Assembly: GCF_009834535.1 (NCBI RefSeq)
Contig: NC_045715.1
Coordinates: forward strand, 17,856,001-17,920,000
Reading direction: 5' to 3'
Length of the DNA stretch: 64,000 bases
From: Camelus ferus
Lineage: Eukaryota
Shown here: piece by piece, positions 50,098 to 63,331 of the stretch
Position numbering within the stretch: the stretch's first letter is position 1
Layout of the letters: each line of letters begins with the position of its first letter
The notes under the pieces: model-generated
Told to the model about the DNA's origin: nothing
Databases searched by the model: none
What the model saw: only the letters and a program-made list of their open reading frames with translations
Translations under genes and position numbers: made by a program

Positions 50098-51919
50098 GTC
50101 ACTAGTCAAGACGCAGGAGTCTGCAGTTAAATACTGTAGTTAAAATGAACGGTATTAAGACATCTGTGAATCAGGACTGTAGGAATCAGGTAAAGTTCGG
50201 TCCGATATCTGTACCAACGTAGCTCCCTCGTTTCCACACTCCTGCCCAATCCTCTGGATCCGTGTAGGGGGAATACTCATTAAAGTGAAAACCCCCCTGT
50301 GGCGAGAAACTTGAATCCGTTTCCTTGAACAAAGAGAAACACTACCCAATCAGCAAGCCCCATCCGTGGCTGTCAACCAATCAGAACTGATGATCTCATG
50401 TTCCGGAGGCGACCCATATTGGGGGGATGGGAAAGCCGGCGAGAAACGCCAAAGCCCAGGTTTAAATAATTCTTTTAAACTCGTCTGTTTACGGATTATA
50501 GACTCAGACATCTGTATGGCTCTCAGTCATGTCCTGAGAACAGTAGTTACATTACCGCCACTAAAAGGGTGATTTGTCTCGATTGAAAAATCCGAAATGT
50601 TGGGCAGAAGAAACCAGATTCAAACTGCCAGAAAACCCAAGGCATTTAATCCGGGCAAATTTCAATTAATTAGGGGGAATTTAAAATCTAGTTTATGGGG
50701 AAAACGCGCTTCCCTTTCGGCAACAATACAGCCTTCAGCAGTTATCCATACTTTTTTCCTTCCTTCATATGGAGTGAAAATTAGGGTGATGGAAATGTTC
50801 TAAAATAGACTCTAGTGATTGTTCAACTAATATACTAGAATTCATTGATTTGTATACTTAAAGTGGGTGAATTTTATGGTATATAAATTATATCGCCATC
50901 CCCCCCCCCCCCGGGTGTCAGGAGAATAAGTTTGTAGAGAAGGCACTGAGGCACTGTTGGTCTGTGATGAGGTGCTTCTGCCTCCTTGGTCTAGTCAATC
51001 ATTGTTGCCACACAAGGTTTTTAAGTTATGATGTCCCTAGTCCAATAGTGCGTTCCAGTAGTATACCAGACTTAAAAACTCAGCTGGAGAAGGGACATGA
51101 ATTCATTTGAAGTTGGCTAATAGGGAAACAGCTTATTCTCATCTAAAAAGATACTCACAAATGTCTCTGCCATTGGGTTCTTTTTGGTATTTTTATAGAG
51201 GGCTGGTTTCAGCTTCAGTATTTTAGTTTCAGCTAGTATTTCTCAAAGATTTTGGGGTCCCATTTCCCACCTGGTAACTGTCCTCCAAGATATCTTGGGG
51301 AATGATAAAAGTACCTAGCCTGGCTTAATTTAAACCGACAATGGGGAGAGTTCAGAGCGGCATCCGGGATGACAGAGGAGCAAAAAATGGGCCTGGCTGA
51401 GGGAGTGGTCACTTTGTTTTCCTGAGCTGGTGTCCTTCAGGAGATATGTATTGATTTCATATAATGTGCCAGATACTGTTGTAGGCATCAGTAAGCAAAT
51501 TAGAATTTCCTGTCCTCCACTCACAGCATGTGTGTTGAGGTGTGTGAATACAGATTTCCTACACTGGAGGAACTTGTGTTTGCTGCATAAATCAGCCTCT
51601 GCTATTGGACTGTCTTTTTTAGTTCATAGCCTTGTCTATAGTATGCTCATTTTACTCATACCCACCAGCACCCTGAGTGAAAATCTGTGAGCCTTCCTCA
51701 GTTTTAACACATGAACTCATCTAGAACATATATAATGCTGCTTGATTTTCTACTTCTGCTTCATTCCTTAGACCTAGAGAAAACCTGTCATGCTGATTGA
51801 TTAAGGCAATAGCAGGTTAAGGAATCCTAGATGGAAAGTCAATCATGGTAGCATTCTTGTGGGCCTGGGGTGGGAGAGGCCTGGGCACTTGTGTAGAATA
51901 TTCATGCATGCATTTATTC

Positions 51920-52110
51920 AACTCTGCCATGTGAGGACACAGTGAGAAGGCAGCAATTTATGAAGCAGTAATTGGATCCTCATCAGACACAGGATCTATC
52001 TGAATCTGTCCAGCACCTTGATCTCAGATTTAAATCTCCAAAACTGTGGTTTGTTGTTCAAGCCACACAGTCTATGGTATTTTTGTTATAGAAGCCTGAA
52101 ATAAGACATA
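51920..52110 (+). mobile_element. MaLR LTR 3' part (MLT1A/B-like)
   Basis: ctgccatgtgaggacacagtgagaaggcagc...ttcaagccacacagtctatggtatttttgttatagaagcctgaaataagaca. Confidence 0.7.
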
Positions 52111-53315
52111 TTTTATGGATATAGAAAATAATTTATCCCATCCTTCTGATGACAATTTACATTGTTTCCAGTTGTTTACTCTTACACTGTGCTTCAAGAA
52201 ACTGTTCTTAGTGATCTCAACCACTTTCACCATTTATATGCTGATTATTCCCAAAATTTTACCTTCCCTTCAGACCTTTCACCTGAATTCAATAATCTTC
52301 CTTTCCCAACTGCCTAGTCAATATTCCCTCCAATGTCAAGAGACAGATGTCAGCAGAGTAACCAGGCAGCAAAGTGTTTCTTAGAGCAGTCATCAATACA
52401 TTTCTCAAACCTTAAATCAATGATGCTGATTATTCGGTTGGCTGGCTTATCAATTTAAGGATATACTTTAAAAAACTTGTTACAACCATATTGTTTGAAA
52501 ATTTCATTAACCCCCCCCCCCAAAAAAAAACAATTAACAGCAGAAGAAAGGAGCGATTAGGTGGAAAGAGGGGTAAGGTACCAGGGAGCCTTCTGAGAGC
52601 CATTTTACCGCAAAGGAGGGAGCTTCTCCCTTACAACCTCAAAGGCCTAGGGGTTCAGAACAGACTCCCTTAGTCAGTAAAAGGGAATTTACAAATTCTG
52701 CTTCGCCAGAAGCTTAGGGAGGGGACCTAGCCTAAGGATGAAAATCAGGAATGCTGAGGCAGTTTTAAAACCAAGATCTTAGGCTTTGGTGGGGGTGACT
52801 ACTCTCAGCATGATGCCTGACTCAGACTCAGGAGGTACTGGCCTAGAAGGTCTGGGGCCAGGACCCAGTGGAGGACGACGAGTTTGGGGAGCTGGGGAGC
52901 GGGAGAGGTCAAAGAGATCTTTCCTGACAATGCTCAGGGCAAGCACACTAGGAATGAACACCCAGCATTTTCTGTTAACGTATTCTAATTGATCTGGCTT
53001 CCTGTGAACTGCCAGAAGCACCGTCGCAGGCCCTGCTAGTTTGTACAAATACTCAATGAATCTTCCTAGGATTAAAAACGCGCTCGGCGGCGATTCAGCT
53101 CAACTCCAGCCTTCCAGGAAATTGCCGAGAGAAACTACCTCCTCCCAGAAACCATAACCTGTAGCTTTTAGGCGATGTGGGGCAACGTACCCCTCCCAAA
53201 TATTGAGAGCCAGGAATTCCAAACTACACGTTTTTCAGAGAATCCCAGAGGCCTCCCCAGCTAGCGTCCCTTAGTCCAGCCTTAGCCCCACCCACAAGCA
53301 AGTCCCTGCTGCCCG

Positions 53316-53430
53316 ATTGGCTGAAGGTACCACCACTCCTAGCTGACAGCAAAAGATTGGCTTAGAAGCGTTGTGAGAGCGAGCTGCTTGGTCTATATAA
53401 AAGGTTAAGAACACTCGTTCCACCAGTGTT
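53316..53430 (+). promoter_or_regulatory. Orphan CCAAT-CCAAT-TATA promoter facing the 3' end of H4C2
   Basis: ccgATTGGctg (53316-53320), aagATTGGctt (53356-53360) and TATATAAAAG (53394-53403) on the plus strand. Confidence 0.6.
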
Positions 53431-53453
53431 AACCGTTAACCGCTCAACTCACG

Positions 53454-53496
53454 TACAGCTCTTTCTGGGAGAAAGTGGGCGGCCCTAAAAAGGGCC
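53454..53496 (-). terminator. H4C2 stem-loop and HDE
   Basis: GGCCCT-TTTT-AGGGCC at 53481-53496; GAAAGAGCTGTA at 53465-53454. Confidence 0.95.
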
Positions 53497-53529
53497 TTTG
53501 GAAAGAAAAAAAAGTATTAAAATGAGATT

Positions 53530-53847
<318 letters not shown>

Positions 53848-53902
53848 CTAAGCCGCTCTATACGTGCACTACTCAGTAGTGAGCCTGCTGGTTGGCCAAG
53901 AG

Positions 53903-53953
53903 TAATTATAAGCTGCAATCGGACCTCATTGAGAACTGAAAGTTCAGGCGGGA
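53903..53953 (-). promoter_or_regulatory. H4C2 promoter with H4 site II (HiNF-P type) element
   Basis: TTCAGTTCTCAATGAGGTCCGAT on the minus strand (GGTCCGAT at 53925-53918); TATAATTA at 53910-53903. Confidence 0.8.
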
Positions 53954-54179
53954 GAAGCAGCACTGCGACCGCCTCCTCGGCTCCTCCCCTCTCCGGGTAG
54001 TGATCCAATGACTACGTGGGAGAGAGAACATAGTAAATAGGTTCACTTTTAAACTCTGGATTGTTTTGCTCCCTTGGCTCTTTGCATCTGAAGCTATATC
54101 TGCCACTGATAATTTTAATAGAGGTTTTTATATTATGAAAAATACTGTACTTTCTCATTCAGGAGGGAGTGATTGTTAC

Positions 54180-55945
54180 TTGTGAAGCGTAGCTGAATAT
54201 GACATCCCCCATATGTTTCTTTGGCCTAAGGACTATTTTTGAGATGATTGATTTTTTTCTCTAAAAGTAGATACAAAAACATTTCTAAGAATAGAACTTA
54301 CTTTTTTGCAAGGCGCATTTACATTTATAAAGGAAATCTCAATTTATGTCTCCTTCTCTGTATCAGGAAATATGAGTGGAAATCACCAGAGAATCTCATC
54401 AATGAGAAGGAACTGGACTTAATTCTGTATAACATTATCTTTGTTCCTTTTCTTGGTAACTGGCTCTCTCCCACTTCTTTTGTCATTAAGCTTAAGATGG
54501 TATTTAAGGTGGTAACTTGTGCCAATTTGAGGAATTTTGCTCAGTTTTTTTCTGGATCTCTCTCATGCATATGAGGTATCCATATTACTAAATAAACTTT
54601 CATTTTTCTCTTGTTAATCTGCCTTCTTAAGAACTTGGAAGGGTAGAAGGAAAATTATTGTCCCTCAATTTTACCTACAGTATGCCGATTATTTTGTGCT
54701 CTAGCAGAATAGCAGCAAATGCAGAGAGGCTTTTCTGTGAACTCCCATTATCTGCCTAAAGACAACCTCCAAAAGGAACTCAGTTGTCATAAATCCCTTC
54801 CCAAGAAGTTTCATTAACCAGGGAAGTATGATGCTTATCACAGGAAAGGAGACTAAAAGTTGACACCACACCCAGACATCCCTTGTCACAAAACTATTGT
54901 CTACAAAAACTGTCAAGCTAAAATAGGGAATTTTATTTGAGCCAACCTGAGGGTTATAACCCAGAAGACAGCCCTTCAGGAAGCTCTGAGGACTGTTCTG
55001 CTTGTTAGAAGTCAAAGCAGTTATAAAAGTTTTTGAGACAAAGAGTTATATGTCAAAGTTACATATTGACAGTCTACATAATCCAGATCCGCAGGTACAA
55101 GGCAAGCGGTGGGGTCATTAAGACCCTTTTCAGGATTGAGGAAAATGTTTTCTCCTAAGGTGTTAACCTTGCTGGCACCAGAAGAAAACTGCTCTTTTCA
55201 GTCAAAGAGGCATTCCTGTGTCTTCCTAGGATGTCTGGTCAATGTGTAATGTACATGCACAATGCACTCTAAAGAGGGGTGGTGGCCCCAAACGGGCAAA
55301 GAATTTTAGGCTTAAAATTTTTCTTGTCCTCAAATTAACTACTTATTATTTATACCTTAGATGATTAATTTCTTGAATGTGTAAGCACATTTGACTGTCC
55401 TTTATGATTACCGTGTTCTGTTGATTCTCATTTTGTTGTTGGCTTTCTTCCTTTGATAACTATGTAAGTTTAACAAGCTAATTCTCTATTCTTAGAAACA
55501 ATGAACAGTACATATGTGTAAAGTTAAAAATATGTGCAGTATATTGTATGTGTATTTACATGCAGTATTGTATATGTGCAGTCAAATTGTAACAATTCTA
55601 CCTAATAAAACTGAAAAATGAAAAATTTTGTCCTGCCTTAAACATAATTTTATCACTATCATACCTCTCCCATCCTTAGAAGGGCTCGTTCACCTTTCCT
55701 GAAAATCTTTTATTCTCCTGTAAGAGGCCTATATACCCCCTGCCCTTTCCCTATTAAGATGGTATTTAAGTCTGAATTTTAGGACACCCCAAGGAGTTAG
55801 TCATTTTCCCTTGGGTATCTCACATGTATACATGAGATATACATGTTATTTCTGGTTTTCTCTTGTTAATCTGTCTTATTTCAGGAGTCTCAGCTAAGAA
55901 CTCAGAAGGGTAGAGGGAAAATTTATTTTTCCTCTGCTATGGCTG
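54180..55945. mobile_element. Cluster of nested ERV1-type LTR remnants (MER34/MER39/MER41-like)
   Basis: Repeated blocks aagatggtatttaag, ttttctcttgttaatctg and aagggtaga(a/g)ggaaaatt at ~54500-54660 and ~55750-55930; other LTR-like sequence in between. Confidence 0.55.
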
Positions 55946-58036
55946 TGTGACCAACTGGGTAACAATAATACTGATGGAACTTTTGTGAGGATTTAGTTTA
56001 GCTAATGTAAGCAAAGCATTAGAGCAGAGATTGGCACATAGACCTCGTACACAAACGTGATGTGTTTTCAACTGGTGTTGTTACTAAAGAGTCTACCTGA
56101 ACTTGAGATATTGCCCTGAGGACTCATTTTCAGGTTTTTACCTGCAGCACAATATCAACAAATATGTATGTTAGTGAAGATTAAAACAAAACAAAACAAC
56201 AACAACAACAAAAAACCCCCCACAGCACTTGAAGTACAAGGCATTGAAAAATTGTTTTGCTTTTCATATGTAACATGTAAAACATGGTTGTCCAAATATG
56301 TTCCTTTGTGCCTGCATTGACAGTCTCAGGCTTCTGGCTTACCTGCAGCCTACTCTGGAGTGCAGTTCAAATCTTTATACCAGCTGCCCACTGTTGTGTT
56401 AAATCTCCCTAAACCACTCAGTGAGCCATAACTCACTTTGATAGGGAACACTGGAAAGGCTGCTACTAAATTTTTAAGTCCTGATCTTGACTTCCTCCTT
56501 CCTTTCCTTTCACAGTCTCTATAACAAACCAAAATTCATTCCAGCCTTCAACAGCATTAGCTGTAAACTTCAGCCTGTGGTGTAACATCACTCTGTGGGC
56601 CTAAGAAAAACCCTGTTTGACTGAGGATCTTCAGACAGCCATTTAAAAATAGTCTGCACATTAAGAACCCTCTTTTGTCTCCAACCCAACCTGTCACCCT
56701 GTAACATAAAGTAATAGACGCTTAATGCCATGATATTCAAATGCTGGCACCACCCCCAGTCCAGTGTTCAGTACATTTTCTTTCACAAGTATGATTTTCT
56801 TCCATGCTTTGATTTTAAAATGCCTGAAGTTTTATTTCTAAACTGAGCACAATCGATGCAACTAAATAATGTAAAATGAAAAAGAAATTTAGAAGCTAAA
56901 GTTTACTTCAAATTTTGAAACAACACTTACACTAAGAGATGATACACATCTCAGGAAAATAGCACGTATATAAAGCTATGTGCACCCAAACCAATGCACA
57001 TTATTCTAACACTATTAAGGAGGGTAGTGTTACCCTCATTTTTCTGATGGAGTAATTGATTTGTCTAATATAACACATTAAGTGGTAAAGCTGGAATTTG
57101 AACCCTGGCAAGTTAGCATCTAAATGCTGTGTATACAGAGCACGCCACAGAAAGATTAACAAGGTTATGGATTAAGATGGTGCTAATCTTTTCCTAGACG
57201 CTGCACATTTCTTCTGTCAAGGTGCCAAAGTACATGAAAACTTAAAAGCCAAATCCATATTCCTTGGCTGGGAGGGGAGGGAAAGGAAGCAGCAGCCAGT
57301 TCCAGCCACTAAGTACACTGTCTGTTCCTTTGACAAGAATGGGCACTTTTTTTCCCCCCTGAAGAGATCTGATGAGGCCCTGTACCTAAAACAACCCCCC
57401 CCCCCCAAGATACATAAAATATTAAAGGTCGAACAGTGTTCCATAAAAGCCAGCAGTTATAAACAAGGAAAGAAAAAAACCAAGGAAGGTAATTGGACTT
57501 CAGCAGGGGCCAAGAACTTGGGGGTAGATGGGTCAAAGCAACCTTAGTTTAAGTCAGGAGCATTGGTGCTTCTGACAGAACCCTTAAATGGGTAAAAATC
57601 CGTGCCAGGCAGTATGCCTTATACCAGCCCAGAAAAATAAAATGTTAAAAACTATACACAAGAAATATTCAATGTTCCTCTTAGAAGCAATTACTTTGTA
57701 AGCAGAAAGCTTATTGAAACCGTGGAATGCAAATAAACCAACTCACATTGAAGCTTCTGTGTATTGTTAGTTTTGTTGTCGGGCGAGTCGTTCCAATTAT
57801 TTTAGCAAGGTTTTGTCAATTCCCATCAGAGGTAGGCAAAGGAACTGTTGAAATAAGGAATGAAAAGCAAGTCTTTGCATTTGGTGGCTGTCATGATCCT
57901 CAGCATCCTGTATTGTTGTAAAGTTAAAGACAGCTTGTAAAATAGTGTGATATAGCAGGATTTACCTAACCCCAAGAGTATTTGGGGTGTGGGGTGGAAT
58001 CCTGCCGTACTCCATTTTTGGTTACTCCCTTAAGGC

Positions 58037-58079
58037 ACAGCTCTTCAAAGTGAAGTTGTAGGTGGCTCTGAAAAGAGCC
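58037..58079 (-). terminator. H3C2 stem-loop and HDE
   Basis: GGCTCT-TTTC-AGAGCC at 58064-58079; GAAGAGCTGT at 58046-58037. Confidence 0.95.
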
Positions 58080-58113
58080 TTTGGGTTTAACGGTGGCACT
58101 CGGTTTTAACGGT

Positions 58114-58524
58114 TTACGCCCTCTCCCCNNNNNNNNNNNNNNNNNNNNNNNNNNNNNNNNNNNNNNNNNNNNNNNNNNNNNNNNNNNNNNNNNNNNNNNN
58201 NNNNNNNNNNNNNNNNNNNNNNNNNNNNNNNNNNNNNNNNNNNNNNNNNNNNNNNNNNNNNNNNNNNNNNNNNNNNNNNNNNNNNNNNNNNNNNNNNNNN
58301 NNNNNNNNNNNNNNNNNNNNNNNNNNNNNNNNNNNNNNNNNNNNNNNNNNNNNNNNNNNNNNNNNNNNNNNNNNNNNNNNNNNNNNNNNNNNNNNNNNNN
58401 NNNNNNNNNNNNNNNNNNNNNNNNNNNNNNNNNNNNNNNNNNNNNNNNNNNNNNNNNNNNNNNNNNNNNNNNNNNNNNNNNNNNNNNNNNNNNACTTGCG
58501 GGCCGTCTGCTTGGTACGAGCCAT
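58114..58524 (-). CDS. H3C2: Histone H3 (365 nt masked; H3.1 versus H3.2 not determinable)
   Basis: [10 protein letters not shown]...GERA*; exactly 411 nt including Ns; stem-loop and promoter present; symbol by synteny. Confidence 0.85.
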   Translation of the reverse strand: MARTKQTARKXXXXXXXXXXXXXXXXXXXXXXXXXXXXXXXXXXXXXXXXXXXXXXXXXXXXXXXXXXXXXXXXXXXXXXXXXXXXXXXXXXXXXXXXXXXXXXXXXXXXXXXXXXXXXXXXXXXXXXXXXXGERA

Positions 58525-58581
58525 AACGAAACACCACAAAGACCGTTCACAGACGCCGGTGAAAGACACTCAGCTCTCCTC

Positions 58582-58756
58582 CTTTTATACAGCCAGACCA
58601 TCGACTATTGGGCCCAAGACCATTCAAAAGTCCCCGCGCCCTCTCCGGATTGGTCCATTTCTGTGCCTGGCTGCCCGGATCAAGAGCTGCCTTCAGGTTG
58701 GCGAATGAATACTAAACCCTGTCCTTTACCACAGCGACTTTAACGCCCTGACGTCA
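58582..58756 (-). promoter_or_regulatory. H3C2 promoter: TATA, two CCAAT boxes, CRE
   Basis: TATAAAAG at 58589-58582; CCAAT near 58607 and 58649 (42-bp spacing); TGACGTCA at 58749-58756. Confidence 0.8.
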
Positions 58757-59389
58757 TTTTATTTACCCGTTCTCTTCTATATCCATTGTGGACAGAAACC
58801 TTTTGAGATCTTTACAAATGTACAGCAAGGCAATTACACACAAACAACGCAGATATCGTCAAATAGATTTTTAAAAAACCCTGCAACAACTAAAGGTAAT
58901 TTGGAAGTTTTTTTAAACATGTGGGTTGCATCTAAAGATACTCAATTTTATTGGGTGTGGCACAAGTATTGTGGACGATGCTTTTGACAAGAGCGGAGTA
59001 TCAAGGATCTGTAACTTACTCTCAATTGCTTCAGCGAAATGTGTAATGCTTTTTAAACTGTTAAATCTAGTCGCGGAAGTCTGGTGTGTCCCGTAACTTC
59101 ACCAAAAATTGACGGTTAGTTTTTTAAGACTCCAGCGCCTTCGACTACCATGCTTTCCTTGTTCAGTTCGAAAAACGTTCCCAAAGTCACTACAGAAAGA
59201 GGGCAACACTTCTCTAACTGGAACCCGATTCACTCACTTTATCTGGTTTACAATAAAATCGTGTGGCTTGTTACAGCTAACTTACTCTTAAAGACTTATT
59301 GGGCCTAACGATTTCCCCTGGGCGATTCATTTACTCGTGATTTTTCGCTTGGTGTCAGAATCTTAATATGGGCAGGATAAAAAAGCGTT

Positions 59390-59433
59390 AACAACTCTTC
59401 AAAAGGAAAAGGTGGGTGGCTCTGAAAAGAGCC
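59390..59433 (-). terminator. H2AC4 stem-loop and HDE
   Basis: GGCTCT-TTTC-AGAGCC at 59418-59433; GAAGAGTTGTT at 59400-59390. Confidence 0.93.
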
Positions 59434-59498
59434 TTTGTAAGACTTCGCTTTTTTGGATAATGGACAACAAAAGTGTCGTACAAAAAAAAATCAACACT

Positions 59499-60068
<570 letters not shown>

Positions 60069-61441
60069 CTATCTAATGTGAGTTTTGTTTGTTCCAATCT
60101 CACTCAGTCTGATGGGCCTTTAGTAATAATTGCGTCTATTTCGTTTCCTTAAATAGAGAAATGCAATCAGAAGCAGGAGTGATTGTTCTCATTGTTCTGA
60201 TTTTCGGCTACTGGAATTGTGATTTATTACTTTTGGAAAGGAATAAACACGGAACAATTTCTAAACAGATATTTAAGAGGTGGGAGTTTCTATGACAGAT
60301 GTTGCTTTGACCCTTCTAACTCTTGCAACAGAAAAGGGAGAGAGGAGACATAATTCTTTGTCTGGCCCAAGCCTTCTTAAACTATCTGAACAATGAGAAC
60401 TGAAGGCAAGAACGAGACTATCAAGTCTTCTGTTTTATTCATCTTACCTAAGATGCCTTCCAGGATCACCTGGGAGGTATGCAGAGCGAGTACTGTCCTT
60501 ATTTTAGAGATCGAGAAACAGAGACCCAAGTTTATGTTCCTCAAGGTAACACAGAGTTAATGGGACCAAGGACTTCAAACTCCTGCTGGAAAAGTCTTTG
60601 TCATTATTCCCCAGTGCCACTCCCAACCATCCTACCCTCCCCCCTCCTTTCTCACTTATCTTTGTCACTGGGCCACCACACAAAATTCTAATTACTTCAG
60701 AAGACTCCCATCATCCTCCATGTTATACTGGACCTCTTGTGGTTAGAGTGCTGAAAACTTTGCAGCACATAAGTATATGGATCTCAGGACTCAGGAAAAG
60801 AAAGAACAAAGCACCCCTTAGCATAGAAATATTCAACATGAGATTACAGCATATATTATAAAACACTATTAATATTACTACAGGGTGTGAGAAAATAGTA
60901 CTCTCAATCCAACTCTGTCAAAGAACCACATTTTGATCCAGGGAACCTGGCAGGAGAGTAAAGATGCTCATCTTCTGTTTGGTTTTACCTTCTCTGAAGT
61001 CTGACTTAATGATTTTTTTTCTCTGAACAGTATACAGTTTCCTTATTATTATCTTCACTATCAACAATAATAAACATTAATACCCATTGATTCAGTGCCT
61101 TTGAAATGTTTCAAAACCCCTGATGGGGATGTAAAAAGAAATCTCAGATGTTATCTCAAAGACTATACTTTTAAAAAAGAGTTGGTGGGGGGTTGGGTAG
61201 AGGGCAGGGCAAGGAGTGTATACCTAAAGATTAAATAGTAGAGCATATCCTGCATCCAAAAATGAAGGTTTTTAGCAATAATTATGAGTCACATGGAGGA
61301 GGAGAGTAATCACTGTGAACTATAAGGGTCAAGAGAATCATGAGATGTACATTCAGCACTTATTCAACATATATTTACTAAACACATGCTAAGTGCCAGA
61401 ACCTAAGTGTTCTAGGCAGTGAAGTAGTGCGCCCTTGTAAT

Positions 61442-61944
61442 TGTTGGATAGGGAAAATTCTACCCTTCTAGGTTTTTCCAGCTGGTCTAAGAATTAAGTT
61501 GACATAAGACAGATTAACAGGAGAAAATCAAATTTGAGAGGGGAAGGGCATAAGAAAAAAAATGAGGCTTGTATGCCATCTAAGAGAAAGGGGTAGAGGC
61601 TTGGGACTTCAAAGGGTAGGAAGGCAATCTAAGAAGATGAATAAGCAAGTGTTTTGTAAACAAATGTTTGATGGGCCAAAGAATGTGACACTCTGAGAGG
61701 AATTTTAATCAACGGTCTTTGCTCAGTTACTCCCTGTCAACAATATTTAGTTCAAATTATTCTATAGTTATCTGTGGTGATAAATCCCTTTCTGAAATGG
61801 ATCCTCTACCTAAACTCTTTTAGGCTTTTTAGGGGGGAAGGTCAGAGTTTCCTCCTGTATCTCTTGGGCCTTGATGGCTTTCAACTGGAAGTAATCTGCA
61901 TGCTACGTGGCACCTCTTGGGAAGGCCTGCCCTGAACTCCAACA
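61442..61944 (-). mobile_element. ERV1-type solo LTR remnant
   Basis: TG...CA ends; acagattaacaggagaaaa is the reverse complement of the ttttctcctgttaatctgt block shared with the 54-56 kb LTRs; no clean TSD. Confidence 0.55.
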
Positions 61945-63316
61945 TTGTCATATCAATTTACTTATTAGACAGCCAAAGAAACTAGAAGGGAAGAAGGGGA
62001 ATTGTTCCTGCTCCTACAGAGGCCACATGGGGATCCTGGACCTCCACCTCAACCCAGCAATAGGAGACACTTCTTCCTTGTCAGTGTCAAAGGAGGTTGG
62101 GGGAGAAACTTGGCCTGCCACTCCCACCTGACAATGAGGCAATGCCCCTCCTTCTACCCCAGGCATAGGGAGGAGTCTCTTAAGACCAAAAGTTTAAAAA
62201 AGATTGAGACTCACCCAAAATGTTGTTATTTTTTAAAAGGTACTCTCATACTATTAAAGAGGGAAAATCTCCATTTTAAGTGAAAAATAACATATTGAGA
62301 CCCAGATGACACAGATGTTAGAACTGGCCTACTAGGTATTCTAAACCAGCCATCATAAAATACTTAAATGAGCAAAGTTGGTGTCTCGTCAGAATCAACT
62401 GGGGAGTTTCACGAATTTTATTTCTGGCTTCTCTCAAGTACAGGTATCTGAATTTTTTCTTTTAAATTTCCCATTCACCTGTTAAAGATCAACCAGCTAT
62501 CAGCACAGATGTCAAAACAGCCTAATTTTGAGTTTAGGAGGCCCAGGTTTTGGTTTGGGCTTCTCAACTGAGGCTATACTTTAAGGTAAAATATCAACTA
62601 TCAGGAATTAAGGAGAGAGAGAAAAGTAAGGAAGGCAAAAGCAAGCAAGCAAGTTAACAGTTATGAAGAACAAGATGAGGAAAAAAATAATCCCTACCTC
62701 AGGAGATCATTCTGAAGAGGCTGAGAATAATATTACTACCCAGACCTCACCCCTCCAGGGGAGAACCTAAGGACTTTAAGGATTTTAAACTGCAGCTTGA
62801 GTCCAAAAAAATTTTTTTCCCCTGGGGATGGGGGGAGAGGTTATGATCTCAAAAACAAAATTTTTGGTTTCTAAGGCAAGCTTCTCTTTCACAACTGTAT
62901 TTTGCGTGTACTGAGATAGGAAATACTTCTTAAATAGCAGTCGACTGATTTGTGTGGGATCTGGGAAAAGATTAAGTTTTCTTTTAAAAGTAGTCTGTCC
63001 CTTTCGAGAAATTCTACTTGAAGTTTTATTCATCAAAACACACAGTTGTGTATGTCACCTACAATACTCTGCTCGTAAATTGAGAGAAAATATTTTTCTT
63101 CTCTTTGAATACGCAGTCAACTGCTGGCTCTTTTCCCAGCTTCTCTTCCTCTCCAACCTGGGACCTAGACCAGCCCCACTGACTCTTCTTCCTCAGCCAA
63201 GGCCCTTCCTGTTGGGATTATTTGTAGATCCGCGGGTTCCTTAAGAAAAACTAGCACAACTTCCTCTCCAACTGAGGCCCCCCGGGTCACTGACAAGGTG
63301 GCGCCAGACTGGGAAT

Positions 63317-63331
63317 GGCGGGAAATTCAAA
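63317..63331. promoter_or_regulatory. E2F-type site abutting a CHR-like hexamer
   Basis: GGCGGGAAATTCAAA in a mildly CpG-enriched patch. Confidence 0.3.

Noticed and set aside
50529-50545. ATGTCCTGAG resembling an H2B (ATG CCT GAG) or H2A/H4 start
   Set aside because: The downstream sequence shows no histone codon similarity, so no pseudogene is called
52779-53048. 89-aa Pro-rich minus-strand ORF downstream of H4C2 (and a 68-aa plus-strand partner)
   Set aside because: TTG start, no recognisable family, no convincing exon structure; length is within chance expectation
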